A DNA stretch of 63,454 nt, filler included, from Octopus bimaculoides (Eukaryota): the NCBI RefSeq assembly GCF_001194135.2. It is 6 parts of 5 records of this genome, joined end to end, with 100 filler letters (N's around TTAATTAATTAA, not from the genome) between each part and the next. Parts side by side here need not be neighbours in the genome. Positions count along the whole stretch, not along the records: positions 26,414 to 54,058 come from NC_068984.1; positions 54,159 to 57,116 come from NC_068983.1; positions 57,217 to 61,756 come from NC_068991.1; positions 61,857 to 63,454 come from NC_068987.1; 2 more parts are not named here. The stretch is one strand, 5' to 3'. Below, piece after piece: positions 51,915 through 63,454 of this stretch; the stretch's first letter is position 1, and each line of letters opens with the position of its first letter. A program made the translations under genes and the position numbers. The notes below the pieces were generated by a model. The model ran no database searches. It was not told the origin of the DNA and saw only the letters and a list, made by a program, of their open reading frames with translations.

Positions 51915-51935
51915 CCTCCTCCTCCTCCTCCTTCT

Positions 51936-51967
<32 letters not shown>

Positions 51968-52117
51968 TTCTTCTTCTTCTTCTTCTTCTTCTTCTTCTTC
52001 TTCTTCTTCTTCTTCTTCTTCTTCTTCTTCTTCTTCTTCTTCTTCGTCGTCGTCGTCGTCGCCGCCAGCAGCAGCAACAGCAGCAGCACCACCACCACCA
52101 TCACCACCACCACCATC

Positions 52118-52196
<79 letters not shown>
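51915..52196. repeat. Compound trinucleotide microsatellite (CCT)(CTT)(CGT)(CAG)(CAC)(CAT)
   Basis: Direct reading. Confidence 0.95.
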
Positions 52197-52198
<2 letters not shown>

Positions 52199-52754
52199 CA
52201 TTACCTTTATCCTGATGGAATACTACCTTTAACTACCTTGATAGCGAGAAAGTTTCGCGAACTTTCAAGATTCAAGTACTATATTTTCTTTATTTAAACG
52301 AGTCTATTTGATTGATGAGCGAAGCAGCAGCATACATACACTCAGTATACCCACTACATTATGGAGAACACTTAGAACAACTTAAATGTGGAATTAAAAA
52401 AGAAAATCTGTTTATTTTCATATCTAGGCATTCTTCGGTAATTTCACAAAAATAGTGTCGATAGCAATATTCAATATCAATTCCCAAGACGTCTCACATT
52501 TACAACTTGTACGTTTCTCTGTGGCCTACAATCTAACGAAATTGTATTCTTCTCAAGTTCTATCAGCTTGGGTTTTTATTTTTCATTTTAATTTTATTTG
52601 AAACTGTTTTCTTAATCTACATAGTTAATGTTGTCTGTACATATACTACTACCAACACCACCACTATCTTCATCATTATAGCCCAAAATCGGCACCACCA
52701 ACACCACTCATCACCACCATAGTCATAATCATAGGCGTCATCATAAAAGAAACA

Positions 52755-52787
<33 letters not shown>

Positions 52788-52989
52788 CCGCAACAGCAAC
52801 AACAACGATCCAATACCAACACCATCATTTCCCTCACCATCACCGATACTATTACCACAGTCATGAGCACTACTCTCCTACTTCTACCCACCCTTTACCA
52901 ATATCATCATTACGATCATAATGATGACGACGACAATGGCACACCACCACCATCACCATCATCATCATCATCATCATCATCATCACGAC

Positions 52990-53400
52990 TATCCTCATTT
53001 TAGTTATTGTCTTTAACAGTTTCTCGTAACACTCTATTTCACAACCAGGTGCACCTCGGAGTTTCTCAGGTATGCGAAGGGCTGTCATTTGTGTGTAGAA
53101 TTATGTTTCTATGTTACATGTATTTATTTTACTCTAGTGGTTTCTTCTGTTCATTATTCAGAATTTGTGTTACGTCAAGTATTATTTTATTGGTTGGTGA
53201 TTATGTCTTTTATTTTTCTTTGTTTTGTGCGAGTTGTTAGTGGCACGGGTAATATTTGTATCGTGATGTATTATTAAGGAGTTTTGTGTAGATCGTATGC
53301 TGTGTGCATTGTGCTACTGAAAGGGATAGTGATTGCTCAGAAAATAAATTCTGTATAAAGTGTAATGTACGAAATGTGTCTAAAGTAAGACGCAAACAGG
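52990..53400 (-). mobile_element. 3' part of an unclassified retroelement abutting (CAT)n
   Basis: Nucleotide similarity to 33072-33350; A-rich on the minus strand. Confidence 0.45.
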
Positions 53401-53677
53401 GCACAGCAGAGACATTTCTTCAACTATGTGTGTTTGTTAGTCCTCCTGTTATGCTTTTTGTAATTGTTTAGGTTTTTCTTCATTTTTTTTTTCTTATTGG
53501 TAATGTTTTACTTTCCAAAGCTGACATTTTCCTTATTTTCATATCAACATCGTCATATTTTGATAGATTTTTCGACTTTTTTCCTGGCAGTGTCTATTAT
53601 TATTGGTCCGATGAAATAAGAACCAGTTGAGTACTGGGATCCCCTTAAATTTCAGGTCTTGTGCCTATGGAAGAAAA

Positions 53678-53713
<36 letters not shown>

Positions 53714-54058
53714 TATGTTTGACTTTTGCTTTGCATTTGTACAAGTTGGATCCAAGTCTCACCCAGAGACCTCAAGAGACAACAAGTTAGAAGTTCATGT
53801 AGGTGTTATGCCTAGGGTACCATATATTTGAATTTGTACAGTGTTGTTCTAGAGAATGTTTTAAAATTTGAGATCACATAGACAATATTTTACGTAGGAT
53901 ATGGGCAGTTCCCATGAGCACTATCTTTTGAACTTCAGCCATTTTGGGGTTTCCTGGTATCTGAGCTAGGTAGTAATCAGCCCGTTTCGCTGTCATTCCC
54001 AGGACACCTATGACAATAGGTATTGTTTTAGTATTCAGGTTCCACATTTTGCTAATTT
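53714..54058 (-). mobile_element. Dong/R4 LINE 3' end (second subfamily) ending in (TAA)n
   Basis: ISKMWNLNTKTIPIVIGVLGM..VQKIVLMGTAHILRKILSM*. Confidence 0.85.
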
Positions 54059-54159
54059 NNNNNNNNNNNNNNNNNNNNNNNNNNNNNNNNNNNNNNNNNN
54101 NNTTAATTAATTAANNNNNNNNNNNNNNNNNNNNNNNNNNNNNNNNNNNNNNNNNNNNG

Positions 54160-54498
54160 TTCCAGTTGATCCAATCAACGGAACAGCCTGCTCCTGAAAT
54201 TAACGTGCAAGTGGCTGAGCACTCCACAGACACGTGTACCCTTGGGGATATTCAGCGTGACACAGAGTGTGACAAGGCTGACCCTTTGAATTACAGGAAC
54301 AACAGAAACAGGAAGTAAGAAGGAGAGAAAGTTGTGGTGGAAGAGTACAGCAGGGTTTGCCACCATCCCCTGCCGGAGTCTCGTGGAGCTTTAGGTGTTT
54401 TCGCTCAATAAACACTCACAACGCCCGGTCTGGGAATCGAAACCGCGATCCTATGACCGCGAGTCTGCTGGCCTAACCACTGGGCCATTGCGCCTCCA
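54160..54498 (-). mobile_element. tRNA-derived SINE (third family variant)
   Basis: Reverse complement gtggaggcgcaatggcccagtggttagg..ggtttcgattcccag plus the shared body. Confidence 0.75.
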
Positions 54499-55242
54499 CC
54501 AATCAACACATCAAATATATATCAATTATATATCAATTGGAACAAAATTTGAAGAAATTGAAAAGTGGCAGCCAAACAGGAAAGATCAAGAAGCTTACTT
54601 CTCCATAACATGACCGACCAAAACCATGTGAGTGGATTTTGTAGACGAGAACTGAAGAAGCCCGTTGTGTGCGCGTGCGTGAATGTGTATGTGTGTGTGT
54701 GTGTGTGTCTGTCTGTCTGTCTGTTTCCCCCACCACCACTACTTGACCACCGGCATTGTTGCGTTTACGTCCCCATAGCTTAGCGATTTCGGCAAAAGAA
54801 ATCTTAAAAATAAATATGCACAGAAGTCGATTCATTCGACAAAAAAGCTTCTTCAAGGCAGTGGCCCATCATGGTCGCAGTCTAATGCCTAAAACAAGTA
54901 GAAGATAAAAGATAAATAATATATCTATTTATATATGCGCATACATACACTTCTTATATACGTACTTAATATTTCTAAAGACGGAAGTAAAAGAAAGCAA
55001 ATTAAAGAATAAAAAATACATGCATATATCTATTTGTATATGCACTTATGTGCACTTCTTGCATGCAATCAAATTGTTTATGAAAAACAGAAATAGATAA
55101 AAAAAAAATTATGATACAGTTAAATAGAATAAAACATATATAAAATACAATATAATCACAAATAACTATTTATATACGGATACATGTACTAACAAACACT
55201 CTTAGTCTATGTCTAACCCACATATATATATGGGGGGGGGGG

Positions 55243-55460
55243 TAGCTGTGTGGTAAGAAGTTTGCTTCCCTCTTTGTAATGCCTTTATGGCAAATATTTA
55301 TGAAATAAAGAAGTTTGCTTCCCAAACACATGATTCCAGGTTCAGTCCCACTGCGTGGCACCTTGGAGAACTGTCTTTTACTATAGCCTTGGGTCGACCA
55401 AAGCCTTGTGAGTGGATTTTGTAGACTGAAACTGGAAAAAAAAACCTTGTCGTGTGTATA
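55243..55460 (+). mobile_element. tRNA-derived SINE 5' half (head interrupted or duplicated)
   Basis: gtagctgtgtggtaagaagtttgcttccc appears twice in part; ggttcagtcccactgcgtggcacc; runs into (TA)n and a gap. Confidence 0.75.
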
Positions 55461-56162
55461 TATATATATATATATATATANNNNNNNNNNNNNNNNNNNN
55501 NNNNNNNNNNNNNNNNNNNNNNNNNNNNNNNNNNNNNNNNNNNNNNNNNNNNNNNNNNNNNNNNNNNNNNNNNNNNNNNNNNNNNNNNNNNNNNNNNNNN
55601 NNNNNNNNNNNNNNNNNNNNNNNNNNNNNNNNNNNNNNNNNNNNNNNNNNNNNNNNNNNNNNNNNNNNNNNNNNNNNNNNNNNNNNNNNNNNNNNNNNNN
55701 NNNNNNNNNNNNNNNNNNNNNNNNNNNNNNNNNNNNNNNNNNNNNNNNNNNNNNNNNNNNNNNNNNNNNNNNNNNNNNNNNNNNNNNNNNNNNNNNNNNN
55801 NNNNNNNNNNNNNNNNNNNNNNNNNNNNNNNNNNNNNNNNNNNNNNNNNNNNNNNNNNNNNNNNNNNNNNNNNNNNNNNNNNNNNNNNNNNNNNNNNNNN
55901 NNNNNNNNNNNNNNNNNNNNNNNNNNNNNNNNNNNNNNNNNNNNNNNNNNNNNNNNNNNNNNNNNNNNNNNNNNNNNNNNNNNNNNNNNNNNNNNNNNNN
56001 NNNNNNNNNNNNNNNNNNNNNNNNNNNNNNNNNNNNNNNNNNNNNNNNNNNNNNNNNNNNNNNNNNNNNNNNNNNNNNNNNNNNNNNNNNNNNNNNNNNN
56101 NNNNNNNNNNNNNNNNNNNNNNNNNNNNNNNNNNNNNNNNNNNNNNNNNNNNNNNNNNNNNN

Positions 56163-56196
<34 letters not shown>

Positions 56197-56957
56197 TCTT
56201 CTGACATACATTTAGCTATTTTTAAAAACCCGAGACAAATACATACAATATGACTGAGAAAGATTGAAGCAGGTAAAATGGATAGAGTTTCAAACGTTAA
56301 TTGTTTTCACAAAACTGGCAAAATGAGCATTTTAGCCAGTGGTTGCATCATATAATTTTTTCAGAGTGTTCACCAGTTTATCTCCATTCATCAAAATGCA
56401 TAGGGCTTCCCCGGAACAGATTTCAAGATCTTGAAAGCGTGTTATATATGGATAAGCGCTTTTTATTACTGTCCATGTGATGTTGTATTCCACTCTACTT
56501 TGGGTAGAGTGCGATGCAACAGTTTGTGAAGTATTTTAAGCTTCAACAGAATACTATTTTACTCTGCCAGTGGTAGTCTAGTACTGTTATCTCCACCTTT
56601 TATTTTAGTGGGGTTATTAAAAAATAATAAAAGAGACAGAAGTAGTATTAATACCAAAAGGCAATATTTATCCCCATTTAAAAGTGGATGTTCTGTTGGA
56701 ACACAGAATATTGCGATAGTCACCATGAGAGAACCTCTCATATGGATTTTGTGGTATATTACGCCTTGGTATGAATACTGCTCCTGTCGCTTTGATTAAT
56801 TTTTAATAAGCCGGCTGGCTATTTGCGATACCTAATCAGGCTCTGATTTGGCAGTGATTCTATGTATATCGGTAGCAGAGCGGTTGTTGCTGCTTCCAGT
56901 AGTCAGGCGTTTACCGTTGATACGGCTAATGAAGGCCGAACTCATCCTGACATCTAT

Positions 56958-57002
<45 letters not shown>

Positions 57003-60000
57003 GAGGAAATTGCAGTTGGTGATTGGGAGAGGGAGACACAGGACCTGGATGGATGGAAGGAAGACAGTGCATAGTGGTTGTTTGGGGTTTGAGAGGGTGG
57101 GAGTTAAGTATGAGAGNNNNNNNNNNNNNNNNNNNNNNNNNNNNNNNNNNNNNNNNNNNNTTAATTAATTAANNNNNNNNNNNNNNNNNNNNNNNNNNNN
57201 NNNNNNNNNNNNNNNNCCAATACGCTACTCTTTATTAGAGTTCGGCTAGTCCATTCATTCAGTCCTCCAGGGGTGTCAATGACTCCCGCCACAACATTTC
57301 CCCTTTTGAGATTGAGTTCCGGTGGAACTTGATATTATTATTTTTGTTTATTTTCTTTCATCACATCTCCCCGTTTGAGATTTTCCTCCTAGGGAAGTTT
57401 AATATTTCTTCCGTTTAGGCATTACTTCGAACTGTCATGTTTGTTTCCTCTTTCTTGTGCTGCTACGACTAGGTTCGATTTCTTGTCGCGTTGGCGCATC
57501 AAAAGTGTCGTATAACACTTCCATGGGCATCTCTTTTCTTTTTTTCTGTTTAGGTTTGGTGTTATCCTATAAACCCTCAAGAATTGTGTCATCGATTAGC
57601 TCGTTTCTTGATTTCTTTAATGTTCTTTTAAATGTATCCATGAACTTTTCCGCTTGTCCGTTTGATCTTCATATGTTCAATTGAGTACATCGTGCAAAAA
57701 TTCTTAAATTCATTTGGCGTGAATTGTATACTGTTATCGGAGACTATGATATCCGGGACACTATACCTAACAAAAAGTTCGTGTAGAAATTTCACTCTTA
57801 CCGTGGATGTCGGTTTTTGTAGTTTGGCCCATGGACTATCGGTTTTGGGCCAAGGTTGAAACTTTATAGGTGGTGATTTCGCTGTAAGAGCACAAGCTCT
57901 GCAGGATTTTACCAACTTCTCAATATCTAGATCCACTTTGGACAGTAAATTTAACTCTTCATAAGCGACTTCATCATAGAAATTCCTGGATGTCCAGTGT
58001 GAAATTCCTTTAAAATTCGATCTTGTAGTGAAGTAGGCATTACGACCCTCTGTGTTTACATAAGCACATTATCACATATTGAATACAAATTCGAAACTGA
58101 GTTACATTCAGCCACACATATTTTTTATTTGTTTCTTCTGATCTCTATTTTTTTTCATCCGTCTCTGCCTTAATTTTTATTTCCTCCAATGTCACAGGAA
58201 ATTCAGGCACAACATTGTGCAATTTATTTTTTATTTCATTTCCGGATTTTAGTGCCGCTATCACTGTGTCTTCTAGTGGTTCACTGTATTCTGGTATTCA
58301 CCTCGACAAACCATCTGCATGTCCCAATTTTTTCGATGGCAAATACTCCATTTTGAATTCGTAATTCAGTAGGATTGTTCCCCAGTGCTGCAATCTGTTG
58401 GCTGTATGTGTGGGGATACCCTTTTTGGATCCATAGATCGACAATAATAGTCGGTCTGCAGACGGAACCTTCTTCCATATATAAATTTATGGAATTTTTT
58501 ACCGCAGATATGGCTAATGCTTCTTTTTCTATTTGACAGTAACTTTTCTCAACCGGCAATAATGAATGCAAAGCAAGAGCTACTGCTTTCAGGCTACCAT
58601 TTTCATATTTGTGTAGAAACACAGCTCCAATACTACTTTCACTAGCATCTGCTGCCACTACTATTTCTAAATTCGGGTCAAAATGTGATAACGACAATTC
58701 CATCGTTAAGACGTTTTTAATTTCTTCAAAAGTTTTCTGGCATTTGTCCGAACAGTTCCACTTAACGTTTTTTTTTCAACAAGTCATTCAGGGCTGCTCT
58801 TAAATCGTGCATATTCGGTATATATCGCTGATAGTAATTTGCGAGCCCCCAAAATGCTTGTAACGTTTTAATGTTTGTCGGGGACGGCATATTTTCTATT
58901 GCACTCGCCCTAGACGGGTCTGGTCTGCATCAATTTTCATCAATAATCTGCTCTAGATATTTTATTTTTGGCATAAAAAATTCACACTTTTCCTCGCTGA
59001 GCCTAAATCCATAATCTTTTATTATTTCGAAGACCTTTTTAACATGCTCATCATGCTGACCCTGAGATTCACTTTTTATGAGTGTGCTGCCAAGGTAAGC
59101 TACAGCGAAATCCGAACTTGCGAGCATAATGTCCATAATTTGTTGGAAAAAGCCAGGTCCTCCCTTTATACCAAACGGAAGTCGATTAAATTTATACAGC
59201 CCTTTATGTGTATTTATTGTCAATAATTTTGAACATTCCTCATCGACTTTTACCTGAAAATATGCTTCAGATAGGTCCAATTTTGAAAAACATTTCCTCC
59301 ATTCAACTTCGCGAAAATTTCGTCCGGACTTGGTAACGGGTAACTTATATGGCATCAGACATTCGTTTAATCCCATAAAAAAAATCAGCGCATACTCGGA
59401 TTTTATTTATTTTTTCTTGACATAAACTTCTGGGGACTCTCATTTTGTGTAATTAATTTTTTCAATAACGCCAAGCTTTACAAGTCTATCCAATTCTTCG
59501 TTGACTTGTTTCAACGCTGCGAAAGGTACCGTTTATTTTTGTTTAAGTACCGGTATAGCGTTTTCTTTCACTTGAAACTTCGCATCTGTTTTGGTACAAA
59601 GACTCAATTCATCAGAAAAAACTACAGGAAATTTGTTTTAAAATTCCTTTTTAAAACCCTCTGACGCCTTATTTGTACTGGCGGAAGAATCATTCACATT
59701 TTTACAAAAAATATTTATGGGGAGATCCCATAAGTTAAATAGTTCCATCCAGTCTGTTCCAAATAAATTTGTCGTGTTTTTCAACACAAGAACTTTAGCT
59801 TTCAAGCTTTTTCGCCCATAAAATGCAATATTTTCCTGAAACACCCCGTGCAGTTTTCGAAGTTTTCTTTAATGTATCTCTATTAATTATCGTGATATCA
59901 CTGCCCGTATCCAATTGTAACTTGATATTCACATTATTCATTTTTATGGACACAAATTTCTTTTTCTGAGCCTCACTTAGAATTTTTGTTAACAATACAT

Positions 60001-60382
60001 TCTTTGTAGTATCTATTAAGTTTGATCCTTTTTTTTTGTTTCGTTATACAATGTGATCTTTTATGTCCGATTTTTCCACAATCAAAACATTTAAGATTTT
60101 TAAAAGGACAATTACGTCTAAAATGTAAACCTCCGCACTCATAGCATGAATTTGGTGTTGACGACGTTCGTTTTTCGTTTTTCTTGTCCGTTTCAAATCG
60201 ACACGCCTGTATCTGAGAGCAATCTTTTTCTTCAATTTTGTCGGCGCCATGTCTTAAATTTATAATCCTCTGGTATTCTTCAGCCATTGCCTGTAGAGTT
60301 AATTTTTGGCCCTGTTCTAAATTTGTTAATATACGGAAACGTATAACTTTTCTTGTAGTTAACAAAAATTAGTCATTTGAAC

Positions 60383-60800
60383 AAATCCGGGTTTAGTAGT
60401 TGTATGCTGTCAACTTGATTTGACAGTCCCCTTAAGGGAATAATACTACTGTTGGTTAGACATAGGAAGCTGCACCACTTACTGTCGGCCTTGACATATT
60501 TCCTGTGTCCTTATGTTTACAAGGAGGAGACAAGCACCTCCAACCAGCTAAGCCTCCATCCAGAGACATGTTTCTGAGTCTTTTCTCGTCATCAGTCTGG
60601 AATAGCATGAACTGCTCGTCGAAGATGCCTGTCAAGGCCGACAGGAAGCGGTGCAGCTTCCTAGGTCTAACCAACAGTAGTATTATTCCCTTCAGGGGAC
60701 TGTCACATTAAGTTGACAGCATACAACTACTTCATCGTATCACTACTGCATAAATCCCTCTGAGAGATTTAGAAATGTATTATTTCTAAATCCGGGTTTA
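60383..60800 (-). mobile_element. 392-bp fold-back insertion in gag with 13-bp TSD, 101-bp inverted arms and a hammerhead in the loop (Penelope-like non-autonomous element)
   Basis: TSD AAATCCGGGTTTA at 60383-60395 and 60788-60800; arms 60396-60496 and 60630-60730 (6 mismatches); 57-bp tail; removing it restores gag colinearity (KFKLN*LNPDLFK). Confidence 0.85.
60559..60601 (-). ncRNA. Minimal type I hammerhead ribozyme motif
   Basis: TCCAGA-CTGATGA-CGAG-AAAAGA-CTCA-GAA-ACATGT-C-TCTGGA: 6-bp stem I, intact core, stem II with one terminal mismatch, palindromic stem III, GUC cleavage triplet. Confidence 0.8.
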
Positions 60801-62339
60801 ACTAATTTAATTTGAATTTTTCACACTCTCAGTTAACGATCCCAGCATAGGTGACAAAATCTTCACCAGCCAACAAATATTGAACAGGGAGCTTCTTTCA
60901 CTGAAAATTCTCGATAATAAATTAATTGTTTCATCGAAATAAATCTCGCCTAGTTTCTTCGGCACAATATAATTACAGTATTTTTCGTGTTCGGCAGGGG
61001 ATAACTTTCTTAAAACTAGTCGCAACTTCTCGTCATTCCAGTTTTTACATTCTTCTTTGGAGATTTCTTGGGTACCTTCTAAATTATGCAGAAAAAGTAA
61101 TACCTACCGTGTTATAAATAAATTATCCAATTGAGTTTGCTACGCCGTCAAACGAGGACGAACCTGAAGTATATTCAGACTTCTTCAACATTACTTCCAG
61201 TAACTTTTGGTATTGCCGTTGTAACTACTGTTGTTATTGCTGTTGCAACTGTACCACGCAAGCCAATAAGTCTTCCATTTTAATAATTTTTTCTTTGATT
61301 TCATACAAACAAAAAAAAAAATTTTACGTCCGACGCCAGCTTCGAATTTCTCGTCGCCACTTTTATATCCTTGACATCTCCTGGCCAGATCTTGTAACGT
61401 AATTGTTGCCTGACTCATAAGTAGTATTGTTTGTTGCACACAGCACTCTTGTTTTTCAGTTGTACTAAGTGCTTTTGTTAGCACTCTTGTTTTTCGTTCG
61501 AATGGACTTTAGTGCGACTTTTTTTTTTATCCCAAAAGACATTTCCTCTAGCTAGTTAACATTGCACAGCTGTATCTGATATATTGTGAGCAGGGGAATC
61601 GAAGCCCTACCGCATTCTAGCGACGGGACCAACACACAGTAATTCGAACAACTATTACGGGTTCGGTGCGAATTCTGTTCACACTAATACACCGGGTTCG
61701 GTGCGAGTTCAACGTAGAACTAACACACCGCTCTCACCGACTTCTACCGACTTCTANNNNNNNNNNNNNNNNNNNNNNNNNNNNNNNNNNNNNNNNNNNN
61801 TTAATTAATTAANNNNNNNNNNNNNNNNNNNNNNNNNNNNNNNNNNNNNNNNNNNNGGGAGAATTTGATTAATTTACCATGGTTTTGTTCTATATTTTTT
61901 TCCCTTTTTTCTCAGTGGGGTGTTGAATTTCCTTATTTAAATGTGTTAGCAATGGTTAAGTTTGGGTTTGTATTTTTGAATGAAAAAGGTTTCCTTATTT
62001 AATCTAATCTATATTTTCTTACCCAGGTTGATACAATACTCCACTTATATAACATAAGAATTTCCAAAAGTTTTTCAGGATATATCTTTGTGATCCTAAG
62101 ACTGTTCTTAATCTGTTACTGCATTATATATTTCACTTATTTTACCAATTTTTTTTTAAATTTTGGCTTTTTTAATTTAGGTTTTTAGTGGAATGACAAA
62201 TTGTATAGAGACAGCATAATTCGACAGAAACTGTCAGTGTTGGATCGTTTTATTTGTTTTGTCTTCATTATCGGTTTGTCTCTCCGTCTATCAGTTAATA
62301 TATTTTTTATATCTTACTTGTTTCAATCATTAAATTGCG

Positions 62340-62640
62340 GCCAATGCTGGGGCATCACATTGATGAATTCTTAGAGGAATGAATGGATGCCACTACCTTA
62401 GACCTTGTATTTTTTTATAGTTATTTTTGCTGAACCGCTATACTACAGGGATGTAAACACAGTAACACTGGGTGTCAAGCGGTTTTTCCCGGACAAACAC
62501 AGGCAAAAGCACACACACATACACACACACACATACGCGCGCACACACACTTGCGCATGCACACGTACGCACACGCACACACATACATACACACTCGAAC
62601 ACACACATACACACACACATATATATAGTTGAAATTTACA
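62340..62640 (-). mobile_element. SINE 3' half with expanded (CA)n; its 5' half resumes at 62800-62885
   Basis: Same family as 21023-21380, interrupted by the element at 62645-62790. Confidence 0.65.
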
Positions 62641-62716
62641 GAAAAACTAAAAACGAAGACAGGTCTTTAAACAGCAAGCAGGTGTATTACTTTGACGCTA
62701 GGGAAGGTGAAAACGT

Positions 62717-62752
62717 CTTTTACGTTTCGAGCCTTCGCTCTTCAACAGAAAG
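62717..62752 (-). ncRNA. Variant minimal hammerhead motif in a Penelope-type terminal-repeat fragment (about 62645-62790)
   Basis: CTTT-CTGTTGA-A-GAGC-GAAG-GCTC-GAA-ACGT-A-AAAG: all three stems pair; core has A6 to U and an extra A after A9. Confidence 0.6.
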
Positions 62753-63412
62753 GAACATGAGGAAATAAACAGAGAGAGAATAAAAAAAACTTTTGGAGTT
62801 AGCAGCCAGGATTCTTTCAGTTTCCGTCTCCCAAATCCACTCACAAACTTGATCAACCCGAGGTTATCGTAGAAGACAGTTGCCTGTATATATGTGTGAG
62901 TGTGTTTGTATGTGTGTGTTTGGGTGTGTGTGTGAGAGCGTGTGTATTTGCGTAGAGAGAGAGAGAGAGTAATTCGCCGACTATCGCTGGTGTTATATTC
63001 CAAAACCTCCGGCGATAGGTGAAAATCCGCGAAGTAATGTATTTTTTTCATTTGTATATATATTTTTTATCATAAATGCAAAACAACTCGTAAGCTTAAA
63101 TAATAAACCACGATATGTGAGCCTCGATATAGCGACAGATTACTATATATTTGTTATTATTCCTTGCAGCCGAGAGCTGCGGCCATGCTGGGGCACCGGC
63201 ATTAGCTTTCCTGCACATTCACTAAACATTATACCACCTTTGATATATGCCACTTTGTGACTAAGGGAGTTTGATGACGCTGTCCTCATCTGCGTTTCTT
63301 GCCTGGATCCAGGTCCACCTGGAACTTGTGACAGGCGGATACACAATTTTGTTTGGAAGTCACCTACATCCATAGATATATATGTATGTGTGTGTGTCTG
63401 TGTGTGCGTACG

Positions 63413-63454
<42 letters not shown>

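Larger units (their letters stand above)
57217..61757 (-). mobile_element. Decayed Gypsy/Ty3 LTR retrotransposon (gag with two CCHC knuckles, protease, RT, RNase H, integrase)
   Basis: CYECGGLHFRRNC and CFDCGKIGHKRSHC; LDTGSD; LDLSEAYFQ..YKFNRLPFG; ADASESSIGAV; HPGIS..CRAC; IVSDNS.QFT; PPT CTCAAAAGGGGAAA then TGTTG at 57296. Many frameshifts; both LTRs run into gaps. Confidence 0.92.

Noticed and set aside
51866-52297. Poly-D/G/A/E, poly-M/K and poly-F/T/I ORFs
   Set aside because: Translations of a compound trinucleotide microsatellite with no splice or domain context.
54420-54498. tRNA-like sequences (also 8173-8240, 33365-33430, 48500-48570)
   Set aside because: A and B boxes continue into shared SINE bodies and lack a complete cloverleaf; these are SINE heads, not tRNA genes.

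Overview
AT-rich, microsatellite-dense eukaryotic (animal) DNA with many N gaps. The tRNA-derived SINE families, RTE/Dong-R4 LINE relics and (TA)/(CA)/(TATG) tracts suggest an octopus genome (inference from repeat content). Two spliced, divergently oriented protein genes can be assembled by hand. (1) A minus-strand secreted SRCR-domain gene (coding exons 21735-21809, 17007-17068, 14967-15101) that the ORF track misses; its remaining exons were not found. (2) A complete plus-strand five-exon gene (30496-44530, 592 aa) encoding signal peptide, MIDAS-intact vWA, Thr-rich mucin-like linker and a degenerate second vWA. The rest is transposable-element debris: a decayed Gypsy LTR element (57.2-61.8 kb), a DD37E Tc1-like element, three mariner derivatives, a convergent THAP/SAP two-gene DNA transposon relic, and microsatellite-associated RLE LINEs. 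The most unusual signal is a set of short fold-back elements (inverted arms, asymmetric tail, in two cases 13-16 bp target-site duplications) carrying minimal Penelope-type hammerhead ribozyme motifs. The best example, at 60383-60800, has a near-canonical hammerhead in the loop of a 101-bp hairpin. All assignments are from manual reading; no searches or folding programs were run.
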